From positions 294-64,293 of the forward strand of contig DATHYT010000027.1 of the NCBI GenBank assembly GCA_035459025.1: a stretch of 64,000 nucleotides of DNA. The letters run 5' to 3'. The notes below the pieces were generated by a model. That model made no database searches and was not told where the DNA came from. It saw nothing but the letters and a program-made list of their open reading frames with translations. Below are positions 1-9,846 of this stretch, piece by piece; positions within the stretch are counted from its first letter, which is position 1; each line of letters opens with the position of its first letter. The position numbers were made by a program, and so were the translations under genes. The stretch comes from Burkholderiales bacterium. GTDB lineage: Bacteria > Pseudomonadota > Gammaproteobacteria > Burkholderiales > SG8-39.

Positions 1-370
1 CGTCATAGGAATCGGGGGCGCTGAGGAACAGCGTCGCCGAAACGTCCGATCGCACCTCGTCGCCCATGATGGCGTTGTCCACGTGCGAGCCGTACGTCAT
101 GCCGACATCGTAGCGGTTGAAGATCGGCCCATGAATGCGGTGCGGCAGCGCCAGGTTGTAGAAGGTCGCATTCCGACGCAGTGCCGCCAGGACGAGCGGG
201 GCGCACTTCTTCGCGGCCTCGGCGGTGCTCTTGAGCTGCAGGTTGTTTTTCAGCTCGCGCGCGACGGCGCCCGCGGTCCCGCGCCCGTCCTCGTATGCTC
301 CTTCGCCAAGTTCGCGCATCACCGTCGCGACCTCGTCCCTATTCAGCACCCCGGGAATCTGCAGCAGCAT
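1..370 (-). CDS. PKHD-type Fe(II)/2-oxoglutarate-dependent hydroxylase (PiuC/YbiX family), N-terminal part; 3' end is off-window
   Basis: Not in the ORF track because it runs off the left edge. Reverse-strand translation from ATG at 370 reads MLLQIPGVLNRDEVATVMREL...ALPHRIHGPIFNRYDVGMTYGSHVDNAI...TLFLSAPDSYD. This is the family-typical N-terminus plus the HxD iron motif (HVD). GC3 bias is strong. Confidence 0.8.
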   Translation of the reverse strand, partial: MLLQIPGVLNRDEVATVMRELGEGAYEDGRGTAGAVARELKNNLQLKSTAEAAKKCAPLVLAALRRNATFYNLALPHRIHGPIFNRYDVGMTYGSHVDNAIMGDEVRSDVSATLFLSAPDSYD

Positions 371-1541
371 GCGCGCCAAGTCCGACAATCGTGGAAAATT
401 GCGCTCGATGATAGCACCCGCGCCCTTGCTGCTCGCCGCGCTGGCACTCGGCTTCCTCGCCGCGCCGGCCTGGAGCCAGGGCGTCACTGCGCGCACCGTG
501 GTCCTCGGCCAGTCGGCGCCGCTCACCGGGGCGCTGCAAGCCCAGGGCGAGGACATCCGCAATGGTGCGCTCGCCTACTTCCGTCCGCTGAACGACGCCG
601 GCGGCGTGCACGGGCGGCGCATCGAGCTCGCGACGCTCGACGATGCGGGCACGCCCGAGCGCGCGCTCGCCAACACGCGTCGCTTCATCGAGGAGTTCAA
701 GGTCTTCGCGCTGTTCGGCTACGCCGACGTTGGCACGACGCGCAAGCTGCTGACGCTGGCGCAGCAGGCGCGCGTGCCGTTGGTCGGACCTGTAACGGGC
801 GCCGCGCTGGCGCGCCAGGCCGGACGCAGCGTCTACACGGTGCGCGCTGGCCACGCCGCCGAAATCGAGAGCGTCATCGGCCACTATGCGCAGCTTGGCC
901 TGAAGCGCTTCGCCCTGCTGCGTGCGGAGGACGCTGCCGGCGAGGAGTACCTCGCGGCAGCACGCTCGGCGTTGTCGCGCCGCGGCCTTGACGCCCCCAT
1001 GGACGCGGCACTAAGGCAGGGTGCGGATGGCATCGCCGGCCTGTCGCGCGAAGCGTTCGTCGCCGATCCCGACGTCGTCATCTTCGCGCTGCCGCAGCCG
1101 CCGGCGGCGGACTTGGTGCGTGCGCTGATGCGTACGGGCAAGCGCACGCAGCTGGTCGCGCTGTCCCCGGCCGACCCCGAGCAGCTTGCCCAGGCACTCG
1201 GCGCCGACGGCGCCGGCGTCGTGCTTTCGCAAGTGATACCGCCGCTGGTGCAGGAGTCGCTCCCCGTCGTCGCGGAATACCGCGCCGCGATCGAAGCCGA
1301 GACCGGGCGCAAGGCGTACTCACCTGCTTCGTTCGAGGCCTATATCGCCGCCAAGGTGTTCGCCGAGGCCGTGCGCCGCGTCGGCCCGACGCTGACGCGC
1401 GACGCGCTGCTGCTGGCGCTCGACGCGATGGCCTATCACGATGTCGGTGGCCATACCGTGAGATTCTCGCGCACCCGCCGCCAGGGGAGCGAGCGCATCT
1501 ACCTGCTGGCGCTCACGCGCGACGGCAAGCTGCTGCACTGA
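369..1541 (+). CDS. Periplasmic ABC-transporter substrate-binding protein, branched-chain amino acid (LivJ/PBP1) type
   Basis: ORF 225..1541. It has a signal peptide (MIAPAPLLLAALALGFLAAPAWSQG) followed by a PBP1-like core. The start is ATG 369 (basic n-region) or ATG 408. The 225 start lies inside the divergent hydroxylase gene. Confidence 0.8.
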   Translation: MRAKSDNRGKLRSMIAPAPLLLAALALGFLAAPAWSQGVTARTVVLGQSAPLTGALQAQGEDIRNGALAYFRPLNDAGGVHGRRIELATLDDAGTPERALANTRRFIEEFKVFALFGYADVGTTRKLLTLAQQARVPLVGPVTGAALARQAGRSVYTVRAGHAAEIESVIGHYAQLGLKRFALLRAEDAAGEEYLAAARSALSRRGLDAPMDAALRQGADGIAGLSREAFVADPDVVIFALPQPPAADLVRALMRTGKRTQLVALSPADPEQLAQALGADGAGVVLSQVIPPLVQESLPVVAEYRAAIEAETGRKAYSPASFEAYIAAKVFAEAVRRVGPTLTRDALLLALDAMAYHDVGGHTVRFSRTRRQGSERIYLLALTRDGKLLH

Positions 1542-1547
1542 GCAGCG

Positions 1548-2912
1548 CTAGGCGCGCCGCCAGGCCGTGCCCTGCGGACCGTCCTCCAGGATGATGCCAA
1601 AGCCCTCGAGCTCCGCGCGGATGCGGTCGGCCAGAGCAAAGTCCTTCGCCTTGCGCGCCGCGAGGCGCGCCGCAATGCGCTCCTCGATCCATGCCGAGTC
1701 CACGTTGCCGGCCACCCCCGCCCGCAGGAACTCCCCGGCCTCGCGTTGCAGGATGCCGAGCACTCCGCCCAGCGCGCGCAGCTGCCCGGCGAGCTCCGCG
1801 CGGCCTCGATTCACCTCGTTGGCGAGCTCGAACAGCACCGCGACCGCCTCCGGCGTGCCGAAATCGTCGTCCATCGCCGCCTTGAAGCGCTGCGCGCGCG
1901 GCTCACCCCAGTCGATGGGGCCGACCGATGCGGGCGCGCCCTTCAGCGCCGTGTACAGCCGCGTCAGCGCCTGCTTCGCATCCTCGAGGTGCGCATCGGA
2001 ATAGTTCAGCGGACTGCGGTAGTGGGCGCGCAAAATGAAGAACCGCACCACCTCGGCGTCGAAGCGCTGCAGCACATCGCGGATGAGGAAGAAGTTGCCC
2101 AGCGACTTGGACATCTTTTCCTCGTCCACGCGCACGAACCCGTTGTGCATCCAGATGTTGACGAACGGCCGTCCGCTCGCGCCCTCGGATTGCGCAATCT
2201 CGTTCTCGTGGTGCGGAAACTGCAGGTCCTGGCCGCCGCCGTGGATGTCGAAATGCTCGCCGAGCAGCGCGCAGCTCATCGCCGAGCACTCGATGTGCCA
2301 GCCGGGCCGGCCCGGTCCCCAGCGCGATTCCCACGCCGGTTCGCCGGCTTTCGCGCGCTTCCACAGCACGAAGTCGAGCGGATCGTCCTTGGACGCGTCG
2401 ACCTCGACGCGCTCGCCGGCGCGCAGCTCGTCGAGGCTCTTGCCCGAGAGCTTGCCGTAGCCCGAAAAGCGCCGCACGGCGAAGTTCACGTCGCCGGAGG
2501 ATGAGCGGTAAGCAAGGCGCCGCTGCTCGAGGCGCTCGATCAGCTCGAGCATTTGCGGCACGTACTGCGTGGCGCGCGGCTCGTGGTCGGGCTTTTCCAC
2601 GCCGAGCGCGGCGAGGTCCTCATCCATGGCGCGGATGAAGCGCGCGGTCACGTCGGCGACCGCCTCCCCATGTTCCGCTGCGCGCCGGATGATCTTGTCG
2701 TCGATGTCGGTGATGTTGCGTACGTAGGTGACGCGGTAGCCGCCAGCGCGCAGCCACCGGCGCACGACGTCGAATACCACCATCACGCGGGCATGGCCGA
2801 GGTGACAATAGTCGTACACCGTCATCCCGCATACGTACATGCGCGCTTCGCCTGGACGGATTGGCGTGAAGTCCTGTTTTTGCCGCGCCAGCGAGTTGAA
2901 GATTCGGAGCAT
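1548..2912 (-). CDS. cysS: Cysteine--tRNA ligase
   Basis: ORF 1548..3383 trimmed to the internal ATG (aa 158), giving [15 protein letters not shown]. Class-I HIGH motif (CHLGHARV) and KMSKS motif (EKMSKSLGN) are present. Confidence 0.95.
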   Translation of the reverse strand: MLRIFNSLARQKQDFTPIRPGEARMYVCGMTVYDYCHLGHARVMVVFDVVRRWLRAGGYRVTYVRNITDIDDKIIRRAAEHGEAVADVTARFIRAMDEDLAALGVEKPDHEPRATQYVPQMLELIERLEQRRLAYRSSSGDVNFAVRRFSGYGKLSGKSLDELRAGERVEVDASKDDPLDFVLWKRAKAGEPAWESRWGPGRPGWHIECSAMSCALLGEHFDIHGGGQDLQFPHHENEIAQSEGASGRPFVNIWMHNGFVRVDEEKMSKSLGNFFLIRDVLQRFDAEVVRFFILRAHYRSPLNYSDAHLEDAKQALTRLYTALKGAPASVGPIDWGEPRAQRFKAAMDDDFGTPEAVAVLFELANEVNRGRAELAGQLRALGGVLGILQREAGEFLRAGVAGNVDSAWIEERIAARLAARKAKDFALADRIRAELEGFGIILEDGPQGTAWRRA

Positions 2913-2945
2913 CGGGGGGCTGTGCGTGGCTTGGCCGCCGCTCGG

Positions 2946-2974
2946 TTGTGATCCCGCGGGGCTTAGTCTAGAAT
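2946..2974 (+). promoter_or_regulatory. Candidate sigma70 promoter for the TPR/ldt/ppiA/lpxH genes
   Basis: TTGTGA (2946-2951), a 17-nt spacer, then TAGAAT (2969-2974), about 38 nt upstream of ATG 3012 in the AT-richer cysS/TPR divergent gap. Pattern match only. Confidence 0.4.
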
Positions 2975-3011
2975 CAGCAAGTTTCCGTATATCCTTGAAA
3001 ACTATAACACA

Positions 3012-4007
3012 ATGCATGTCTTGAGCGCGCCCCGACTGAGCCTCGCGGCGCTCGCCGCCGCAATCATCCTGGCGGGCACGCCTGCACGGGCCGACGAGCT
3101 CGCCGAGGCGAGCAAGCTGTTGCGCGCGGGCCAGCACCAGCAGGCCTTGGAGCGCGTCAACAAGGCGCTCGCGGCCAAGCCCGCCGATCCACAGGGCCGC
3201 TTCCTGAAAGGTGTCATCTACGCCGAGCAGGGCAACGCCGGGGCGGCGGTCGAGATCTTCCGCAAGCTCACCGAGGATTACCCGGAGCTGCCCGAGCCGT
3301 ACAACAACCTGGCCGTGGTCTATGCGTCGCAGGGCCAGTACGACAAGGCGCGCGCGGCGCTCGAGCAATCGATCCGCACGCATCCGAGCTATGCCACGGC
3401 TTACGAGAACCTGGGCGACGTGTATGCCAAGCTGGCAAGCCAGGCCTACGACAAGGCACTGAAGCTCGATTCGACGAATGCCGGGGCGCAGAACAAGCTG
3501 GCCCTGGTGCGCGAACTGGTCGGGTCTGCGCCGAGCGAGAAATCGGCCCCCCTGGTAACTGCCACCGCCAGCCCGGCGCCGAAGGCGGCACCGGCGCCGG
3601 AAGTACCGCCCAAGCCCGCGCCGGCCAAGCCGGCGCCCAAGGCAGCCGCGCCGGCCGCCGCACCCGGCAAAGACGTGCTCGAAGCGGTGGCGGCCTGGGC
3701 CGACGCCTGGTCGCGCCAGGATGCCGAGGCCTACCTGGCGGCCTACGCCAAGGACTTCCGCACGCCGAAGGGCGAGCCGCGCGACGCATGGGAGAAGCAG
3801 CGGCGCGCGCGTATCGCCGCGCCCAAGTCGATCGTCGTGAAGGTCGATAACGAGCAGGTGAGTCCGGCCGGCGATGGACGCGTGCGCGTCACCTTCCGCC
3901 AGGACTACCAGTCCGACGTGTTCAGCGGCAGCGCCACCAAGACGCTGCTGATGGGCAAGTCCGCGGACGGGCGCTGGCGCATCCTGCAGGAGCAGGTGTC
4001 AAACTGA
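3012..4007 (+). CDS. Secreted TPR-repeat protein with a C-terminal domain shared with the adjacent L,D-transpeptidase
   Basis: It has a signal peptide and TPR repeats ([42 protein letters not shown]). An Ala/Pro linker follows, then a roughly 110-aa tail ending [10 protein letters not shown]. Confidence 0.8.
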   Translation: MHVLSAPRLSLAALAAAIILAGTPARADELAEASKLLRAGQHQQALERVNKALAAKPADPQGRFLKGVIYAEQGNAGAAVEIFRKLTEDYPELPEPYNNLAVVYASQGQYDKARAALEQSIRTHPSYATAYENLGDVYAKLASQAYDKALKLDSTNAGAQNKLALVRELVGSAPSEKSAPLVTATASPAPKAAPAPEVPPKPAPAKPAPKAAAPAAAPGKDVLEAVAAWADAWSRQDAEAYLAAYAKDFRTPKGEPRDAWEKQRRARIAAPKSIVVKVDNEQVSPAGDGRVRVTFRQDYQSDVFSGSATKTLLMGKSADGRWRILQEQVSN

Positions 4008-5176
4008 TGCGCGGCGCGGCGCTCCTGCGCATCGCCGCCGCGGCGCTCCTGCTGCCGCTGGCGAGCCTCGCCTCATCGCCCGAGCCTGCCCTGTCCGGCG
4101 TGGTCGAGGCGATCGAGGCCAACCGCCTGGACCTCGCGCTGGAGCGGGTCGAGAAGCTGATCGCCACGCACCCGAACTTCCGACTCGCGCACCTGATCCG
4201 CGGCGACCTGCTGCTCGCGCGTGCGCGGCCCCTGCAGACCTTCGGCAACGTGGTGAAGACCGTGCCGCGCGAGAAGGTGGAGGACCTGCGCGCCGAAGCG
4301 CTCGCCCGCCTGCGCGCCCTGCGCGAGGAGCGGCCGCACGCCGAGCGCCTGCCGCGCGCCATCCTGCAGCTGCGACCGGACCAGAGGCACGCGCTGCTGG
4401 TCGATTCGCGGCATTCGCGTCTCTACGTATTCGAGAACGTCGATGGCCGACCGCAGTATGTCGCCGACTACTATGTCTCGCTGGGCAAGCGCGGCGTCGA
4501 CAAGGCGCGCGAGGGCGACCAAAAGACGCCCATCGGCGTGTACCACGTGACCGCCAACCTGCCGCGCCAGAAGCTCACCGATTTCTACGGCGCGGGCGCC
4601 TATCCGATCAATTATCCGAACGAGTGGGACCGGCAGCGCGGCCGCAACGGCTACGGCATCTGGGTGCACGGCACGCCGCCCGATACCTACAGCCGGCCGC
4701 CGCGCGCAAGCGACGGCTGCATCGTGCTCGCCAATCCCGACCTGCTGTCAGTCGGACGGCTGATGCAGGTCGGCATGACGCCGGTGATCATCGCCGACGA
4801 GATCGAGTGGACGGACGCCGGTCAGCTGGCTGCCGAGCGCAGTTCGCTGGCGCTTGCCCTGGAGCGCTGGCGCGCCGACTGGGAAAGCCGCGATACCGAG
4901 CGTTATCTCACGCATTACGCAGACGAGTTCCGCGCTGGCCGTCAGGATCGCAAGACCTGGGCTGCGCACAAGCGCAGCGTCAACGGCGCAAAGTCCTGGA
5001 TCCGTGTCGCGCTCGACAAGGTGTCGATGCTTCGCTACCCGCGCGAGTCCGACGTCGTGGTCGTCACTTTCGAGCAGGACTACCGCTCGAGCAACCTTTC
5101 CAACACCATGCGCAAGCTGCAGTACTGGAAGAAGGCAAACGGCCGCTGGCGCATCCTTTACGAGGGCGCCGCATGA
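4007..5176 (+). CDS. L,D-transpeptidase family protein (YkuD domain)
   Basis: It has a signal peptide. The YkuD catalytic His/Cys motif is [23 protein letters not shown]. The start overlaps the upstream stop (TGATG). The C-terminal tail ([10 protein letters not shown]) parallels that of the upstream gene. Confidence 0.85.
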   Translation: MRGAALLRIAAAALLLPLASLASSPEPALSGVVEAIEANRLDLALERVEKLIATHPNFRLAHLIRGDLLLARARPLQTFGNVVKTVPREKVEDLRAEALARLRALREERPHAERLPRAILQLRPDQRHALLVDSRHSRLYVFENVDGRPQYVADYYVSLGKRGVDKAREGDQKTPIGVYHVTANLPRQKLTDFYGAGAYPINYPNEWDRQRGRNGYGIWVHGTPPDTYSRPPRASDGCIVLANPDLLSVGRLMQVGMTPVIIADEIEWTDAGQLAAERSSLALALERWRADWESRDTERYLTHYADEFRAGRQDRKTWAAHKRSVNGAKSWIRVALDKVSMLRYPRESDVVVVTFEQDYRSSNLSNTMRKLQYWKKANGRWRILYEGAA

Positions 5177-5772
5177 AATTCAGACTGTCCAGCCTGTGGA
5201 AACCCCTGGTCGTGCTTTCGGCCGCAGCGGCCGGGCCCGGCGCGCTCGCCGCCGAGCCCCAGGTGGACCTCAAGACCAGCGCCGGCACCATCCGGCTCGA
5301 GCTCTACCCCGCCAAGGCGCCGAAGACGGTGGCCAACTTCCTGCTGTACGTGAAGGACGGCCATTTCGACGGCACCATCTTCCACCGCGTGATCCCGGGC
5401 TTCATGATCCAGGGCGGCGGCTTCGATCCGGGCTTCAAGCAGAAGGCGACGCGCGCCCCGGTGGTCAATGAAGCGCAAAGCGCGGTGAAGGCCGGGCTGA
5501 AGAACGAAGTCGGCACCGTCGCCATGGCGCGCACCTCGGATCCGAACTCGGCCACTGCGCAGTTCTTCATCAACGTGAACGACAACGCCTTCCTCAACTG
5601 GGGCGACCCGCGCAGCGACGGCAACGGCTACGCCGTGTTCGGCAAGGTGGTCTCCGGGATGGACGTGGTGACGAAGATCGCCAAGACGCCGACCGGCCCG
5701 GGCGGACCGTTCCGCAGCGACGTGCCGCGCGAGGCGGTGGTGATCCAGTCGGCCACCGTGGTCGGCAAGTAG
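5173..5772 (+). CDS. ppiA: Periplasmic cyclophilin-type peptidyl-prolyl cis-trans isomerase
   Basis: In-frame ATG inside ORF 4624..5772, forming an ATGA overlap with the previous stop. It has a signal peptide ([26 protein letters not shown]) and the cyclophilin core [15 protein letters not shown]. Confidence 0.93.
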   Translation: MKFRLSSLWKPLVVLSAAAAGPGALAAEPQVDLKTSAGTIRLELYPAKAPKTVANFLLYVKDGHFDGTIFHRVIPGFMIQGGGFDPGFKQKATRAPVVNEAQSAVKAGLKNEVGTVAMARTSDPNSATAQFFINVNDNAFLNWGDPRSDGNGYAVFGKVVSGMDVVTKIAKTPTGPGGPFRSDVPREAVVIQSATVVGK

Positions 5773-5781
5773 CCCGGCGGC

Positions 5782-6516
5782 GTGCCCGCCACGCTGTTCA
5801 TCTCGGACCTGCATCTCTCGGGCGAGCGCCCGGCGACCAACGAGCGGTTCTTCGAGTTCCTGCGCACGCAGGCGTCGCACGCGGCAGCGCTGTACGTGCT
5901 TGGCGACCTGTTCGAGTACTGGATCGGCGACGACGAGCTCGCCGCCGCGGACGGCGACCCGCTGGCGCGGCGCGTCGCCGATGCGCTCGGAGAAGTGTCG
6001 CACCGGGGCGTGAGCGTGGCGTTCATGCACGGCAACCGCGACTTCCTCGTCGGCCAACGTTTTGGCGAAGCGAGCGGTGCGCGCCTGCTCGAGGATCCGT
6101 CGGTGGAGGAGATCGGGGGCGTGCGTACGCTGCTGATGCACGGCGACACCCTGTGCACCGACGATCACGACTACCAGGCCTGGCGCCGCACCGCGCGCTC
6201 GAGCGAGTGGCAGCGCCAGTTCCTCGCCAAGACCCTGCCCGAGCGACGCGCCGCGCTGCAGGCGCTGCGCGAGAAGAGCAAAGAGGTCGTCGGCGCGAAG
6301 CCGGCCGAGATCATGGACGTGAACGACACTGCAGTGCGCGGAGCGCTGCGTGCGCACGACCTGACGCGCCTTGTGCATGGACACACGCACCGTGCGGCGC
6401 GCCACGCGCTGGAAGTCGACGGCCGGCGCTGCGAGCGCTGGGTGCTGCCCGACTGGTACGGGCGCGGCGGCTACCTCGCCGTCGATGACGCCGGTCCGCG
6501 ACTGATGGGCTTCTAG
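5782..6516 (+). CDS. lpxH: UDP-2,3-diacylglucosamine diphosphatase
   Basis: Metallophosphoesterase motifs are present: FISDLHL, GDLFEYWIGDD, HGNRD. It sits in the conserved position after ppiA. Confidence 0.93.
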   Translation: MPATLFISDLHLSGERPATNERFFEFLRTQASHAAALYVLGDLFEYWIGDDELAAADGDPLARRVADALGEVSHRGVSVAFMHGNRDFLVGQRFGEASGARLLEDPSVEEIGGVRTLLMHGDTLCTDDHDYQAWRRTARSSEWQRQFLAKTLPERRAALQALREKSKEVVGAKPAEIMDVNDTAVRGALRAHDLTRLVHGHTHRAARHALEVDGRRCERWVLPDWYGRGGYLAVDDAGPRLMGF

Positions 6517-7685
6517 CCCAATCCGCGCGCCAGGTCGGCCTTCAGGTCCTCGACACCCTCCAGGCCCACCGCGAGCCGGATGAGGCCGTCGCCGATACCC
6601 GAAGCGGCGCGGGCCTCCGGTGTCAGGCGCCCGTGGGTCGTCGTCGCCGGGTGCGTGATGGTCGTCTTCACGTCGCCCAGGTTGCCGGTGATCGAGATGA
6701 GCTGCGTCGAGTCGATCACCTTCCACGCCGCCTCCTTGCCGCCTTTCACGTCGAAAGAGACGATGGCGCCGCCGGCGCGCTGCTGGCGCTTTGCGAGTGT
6801 GTGCTGCGGGTGGCTCGGCAAGCCCGGGTAGTAGACACGGGCCACCTGCGGATGGCCTTCAAGCCATTGCGCCACGGCCAGCGCGCGCTCCGACTGCGCC
6901 AGCATGCGGATCTCCAGCGTCTCCATCCCCTTGAGGATGACCCAGGCGTTGAACGGCGAGATCGACGGCCCGGCGGTACGCAGGAACCCCACCAGGCCGT
7001 CCAGCACGGGCCCCTTGGCGCCGGCGACTGCACCGCCGAGAACGCGCCCCTGGCCATCGAGATACTTCGTGGCCGAATGGATCACCAGGTCCGCCCCGAG
7101 CGCAAGCGGGCGCTGCAGCGCCGGCGTGCACAGGCAGTTGTCCACGGCCAGGGTCGCCCCCGCCTTTCTTGCCACCGCGGCGACGGCGCCGAGGTCGGCC
7201 ACCTCCCCCAGCGGGTTGGAGGGCGATTCCAGGAACAAGAGCCGCGTGTTCGGCCGCACCGCCCGCTGCCACTCGTCGATGCGGCTCAGCGGCACGAACG
7301 TCGTTTCGATGCCGAACTTCGGCAGTAGCGTCGAGAACAGCTGCACGGTCGCGCCGAAGATGGCGTTCGAGGACACGATGTGGTCGCCTGCCTTGAGCAG
7401 GACCATCGCCGTGGCGAGGATCGCCGACATGCCAGACGCGGTCGCGACGCACGCCTGCGCGCCCTCGAGCGCCGCAAGCCGGTCCTGCATCATCGTGACG
7501 GTCGGGTTGGTGTAGCGCGAGTAGACGAAGTCCTCGCCGCCGCCGGCGAATCCCGCAGCGGCCTGCGCCGCGTTCTCGAACACGTAGCTCGAGGTGAGGA
7601 ACAGGGCCTCGGAATGTTCCTTGAAGTCGGTGCGGCGCTGGCCGGCGCGTACCCCCAGCGTGGATTGCTCGAACGGCTTTGCCAT
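6513..7685 (-). CDS. metZ: O-succinylhomoserine sulfhydrylase (Cys/Met-metabolism PLP enzyme)
   Basis: N-terminus MAKPFEQSTLGVRAGQRRTDFKEHSEALFLTSSYVF. PLP-lysine motif HSATKYLDGQG. It lies downstream of purF, which I recall as the usual betaproteobacterial arrangement. Confidence 0.9.
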   Translation of the reverse strand: MAKPFEQSTLGVRAGQRRTDFKEHSEALFLTSSYVFENAAQAAAGFAGGGEDFVYSRYTNPTVTMMQDRLAALEGAQACVATASGMSAILATAMVLLKAGDHIVSSNAIFGATVQLFSTLLPKFGIETTFVPLSRIDEWQRAVRPNTRLLFLESPSNPLGEVADLGAVAAVARKAGATLAVDNCLCTPALQRPLALGADLVIHSATKYLDGQGRVLGGAVAGAKGPVLDGLVGFLRTAGPSISPFNAWVILKGMETLEIRMLAQSERALAVAQWLEGHPQVARVYYPGLPSHPQHTLAKRQQRAGGAIVSFDVKGGKEAAWKVIDSTQLISITGNLGDVKTTITHPATTTHGRLTPEARAASGIGDGLIRLAVGLEGVEDLKADLARGLG

Positions 7686-7723
7686 AAAAAAACCCGGTCC
7701 TTTCGTTCACTAAGCGGACCGGG
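7686..7723 (-). terminator. Rho-independent terminator after purF, abutting the metZ start codon
   Basis: On the minus strand: CCCGGTCC, a 15-nt loop, GGACCGGG, then TTTTTTT, immediately followed by the metZ ATG (7685). Confidence 0.6.
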
Positions 7724-7804
7724 CTTCCTCGGCACGCTTTAGCTGTATTTGTAACGCGCCCGCAAGCTGTGGCTCAAATCGGCGCGAAACGCACTATAGC
7801 AAAT

Positions 7805-9325
7805 TCATTGCGCGGTGACCAGATTGAGGTCGAGCTGGGCCCCTTCGCCGTCCTCGCCCGAGTCGCGCGCGGCGTCGCGCCGCACCTCGATGGCGTGCAG
7901 GTAGTCGTTGGTGACGTCGCCGGTGATGTAGCGCCCGTCAAAGCACGAGGTCTCGAACGTCTTCAGCCTGGGATTCACCTGGCGCACGGCGTCCTCAAGG
8001 GCTTCCAGCTCCTGAAAGATGAGGGCATCGGCGCCGATCTCGCGACCGACGTCCTCCTCGCTGCGGTGCGCGGCGATCAGCTCGGAGCGCGTCGGCATGT
8101 CGATGCCGTACACGTTGGGAAAACGCACCGGCGGCGCCGCCGACGCGAAGTACACCTTGCGTGCCCCGCCTTCGCGCGCCATCTGCACGATTTCGCTGCT
8201 GGTCGTGCCGCGTACGATGGAGTCGTCCACCAGCAGCACGTTGCGACCCTTGAACTCGACGCCGATGGTGTTCAGCTTCTGCCGCACCGAGCGCCGGCGC
8301 ACCGCCTGCCCCGGCATGATGAAGGTACGGCCGATGTAGCGGTTCTTGACGAAGCCCTCGCGGTACGGCAGACCGAGCCCCTGCGCCAGCTGCAGCGCCG
8401 AGGGCCGGCTCGAATCCGGGATCGGGATTACCACGTCGATGTCGAGGTGGCGGTAGCTGTGGCGGATTTTCTCCGCCAGCTTGTCGCCCATCGCGAGGCG
8501 CGCCTCGTACACCGAGGCGCCGTCGATCACAGAGTCGGGCCGCGCCAGGTACACGTACTCGAAGATGCAAGGGTTAAGCGAGCTCGACGGCGCGCACTGC
8601 TGGCTGTGGAAATTGCCTTCCTCGTCGATCAGCACCGCCTCGCCCGGCGCGATGTCGCGCAGCAGGCGAAAGCCGAGCGCATCCACAGCCACCGACTCCG
8701 AGGCCACCATGTATTGCGTGCCGTGCTCGGTTTCGTTGTAGCCGATGCAGGCCGGGCGGATGCCGTACGGATCGCGGAAGGCGAGTACCCCGTAGCCCGC
8801 GATCATCGCGATCACGGCGTAGGCACCGCGGCAGCGGCGGTGCACGTTGGCCACCGCGCGGAAGATGGTTTGCGGGTCCAGGCGCAGCTTGACCGAAGTC
8901 TTCTCCAGCTCGTGCGCCAGGACGTTAAGCAGCACTTCGGAATCGGAGTTTGTGTTGATGTGCCGCAGGTCCTGGCGGAACATCTCCTCTTTCAGCGCAT
9001 CGGCATTGGTCAGGTTGCCGTTATGGCCGAGCACGATGCCGAACGGCGAATTGACGTAAAACGGCTGCGACTCCGCGGAATTGAAGGCCGACCCTGCGGT
9101 CGGATAGCGGCAGTGCGCCACGCCGATGTTGCCGGGCAGCGAGCGCATGTTGCGCGTGCGGAAAACGTCGCGCACCTGGCCGTTGCCCTTCTGCATGTGG
9201 AAGGTCTTGCGCTCGGCGGTGACGATGCCCGCCGCGTCCTGGCCGCGGTGCTGCAGGAGCAGCAGCCCGTCATACAGCAGCTGGTTGACGGGCGAGCGCG
9301 CTACGATGCCGAGGATCCCGCACAT
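7805..9325 (-). CDS. purF: Amidophosphoribosyltransferase
   Basis: MCGILGIV N-terminal Cys nucleophile. PRTase motif VLLVDDSIVRGTT. Confidence 0.96.
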   Translation of the reverse strand: MCGILGIVARSPVNQLLYDGLLLLQHRGQDAAGIVTAERKTFHMQKGNGQVRDVFRTRNMRSLPGNIGVAHCRYPTAGSAFNSAESQPFYVNSPFGIVLGHNGNLTNADALKEEMFRQDLRHINTNSDSEVLLNVLAHELEKTSVKLRLDPQTIFRAVANVHRRCRGAYAVIAMIAGYGVLAFRDPYGIRPACIGYNETEHGTQYMVASESVAVDALGFRLLRDIAPGEAVLIDEEGNFHSQQCAPSSSLNPCIFEYVYLARPDSVIDGASVYEARLAMGDKLAEKIRHSYRHLDIDVVIPIPDSSRPSALQLAQGLGLPYREGFVKNRYIGRTFIMPGQAVRRRSVRQKLNTIGVEFKGRNVLLVDDSIVRGTTSSEIVQMAREGGARKVYFASAAPPVRFPNVYGIDMPTRSELIAAHRSEEDVGREIGADALIFQELEALEDAVRQVNPRLKTFETSCFDGRYITGDVTNDYLHAIEVRRDAARDSGEDGEGAQLDLNLVTAQ

Positions 9326-9353
9326 GCGAGCCGTCTCGCGGTGACGTTAAGGG

Positions 9354-9845
9354 TCAATGATAGCGCAGGCGCTGGCCCAGCGCCTGCGGCAGCCACGGCC
9401 GCAGTGCCAGCGCCGCGCGCCCCATCGGCGGGCCGCAGACCGAATCGCGCCAGGCGCTCTGGCGCGGGAATGCGGTAAGGCCGGCAACGATGGCGAACGC
9501 GAGCAAGATGACAAGTGCCCGCGCCACGCCGAACACGCCCCCGAGCACATGGTCCAATTCGCCGAGCCCCGCCACCTTGACGAGTTTGCGCAGGAACTGC
9601 CCCACCAGCGTACAAACCGCCAGAACGACGACGAATACCGCGACGAATGCGATCAGCACGCGCAGCTCGGGCGTCGGGATCGATTCGGGCATCACCTCGG
9701 CCAGCGGACTGCCGAAGTAGTTGGCGCCGAGGAACGCGAAAACCCAGGCCGCGACGGAGATCACCTCGCGCACCAACCCACGCCAGGCGCCCCAGGCGAT
9801 CGACACCACGAACCCGGCCAGGATGAGGTAGTCGAGCCAGGTCAT
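9354..9845 (-). CDS. cvpA: CvpA family membrane protein (colicin V production protein)
   Basis: A 163-aa protein with 4 predicted TM segments, in the conserved position between the SPOR gene and purF. Confidence 0.85.
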   Translation of the reverse strand: MTWLDYLILAGFVVSIAWGAWRGLVREVISVAAWVFAFLGANYFGSPLAEVMPESIPTPELRVLIAFVAVFVVVLAVCTLVGQFLRKLVKVAGLGELDHVLGGVFGVARALVILLAFAIVAGLTAFPRQSAWRDSVCGPPMGRAALALRPWLPQALGQRLRYH

Positions 9846-9846
9846 T

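Noticed and set aside
3-206. 67-aa minus-strand ORF at the left edge
   Set aside because: It is a different frame of the partial PKHD hydroxylase gene, which explains the region.
7769-9478. 569-aa plus-strand ORF covering the purF region
   Set aside because: It lies antisense to an unambiguous purF (MCGILG..., PRTase motif). The product is an Arg/Ala/His/Val-rich string with no motif. Such mirror ORFs arise from stop-codon depletion in high-GC coding DNA.
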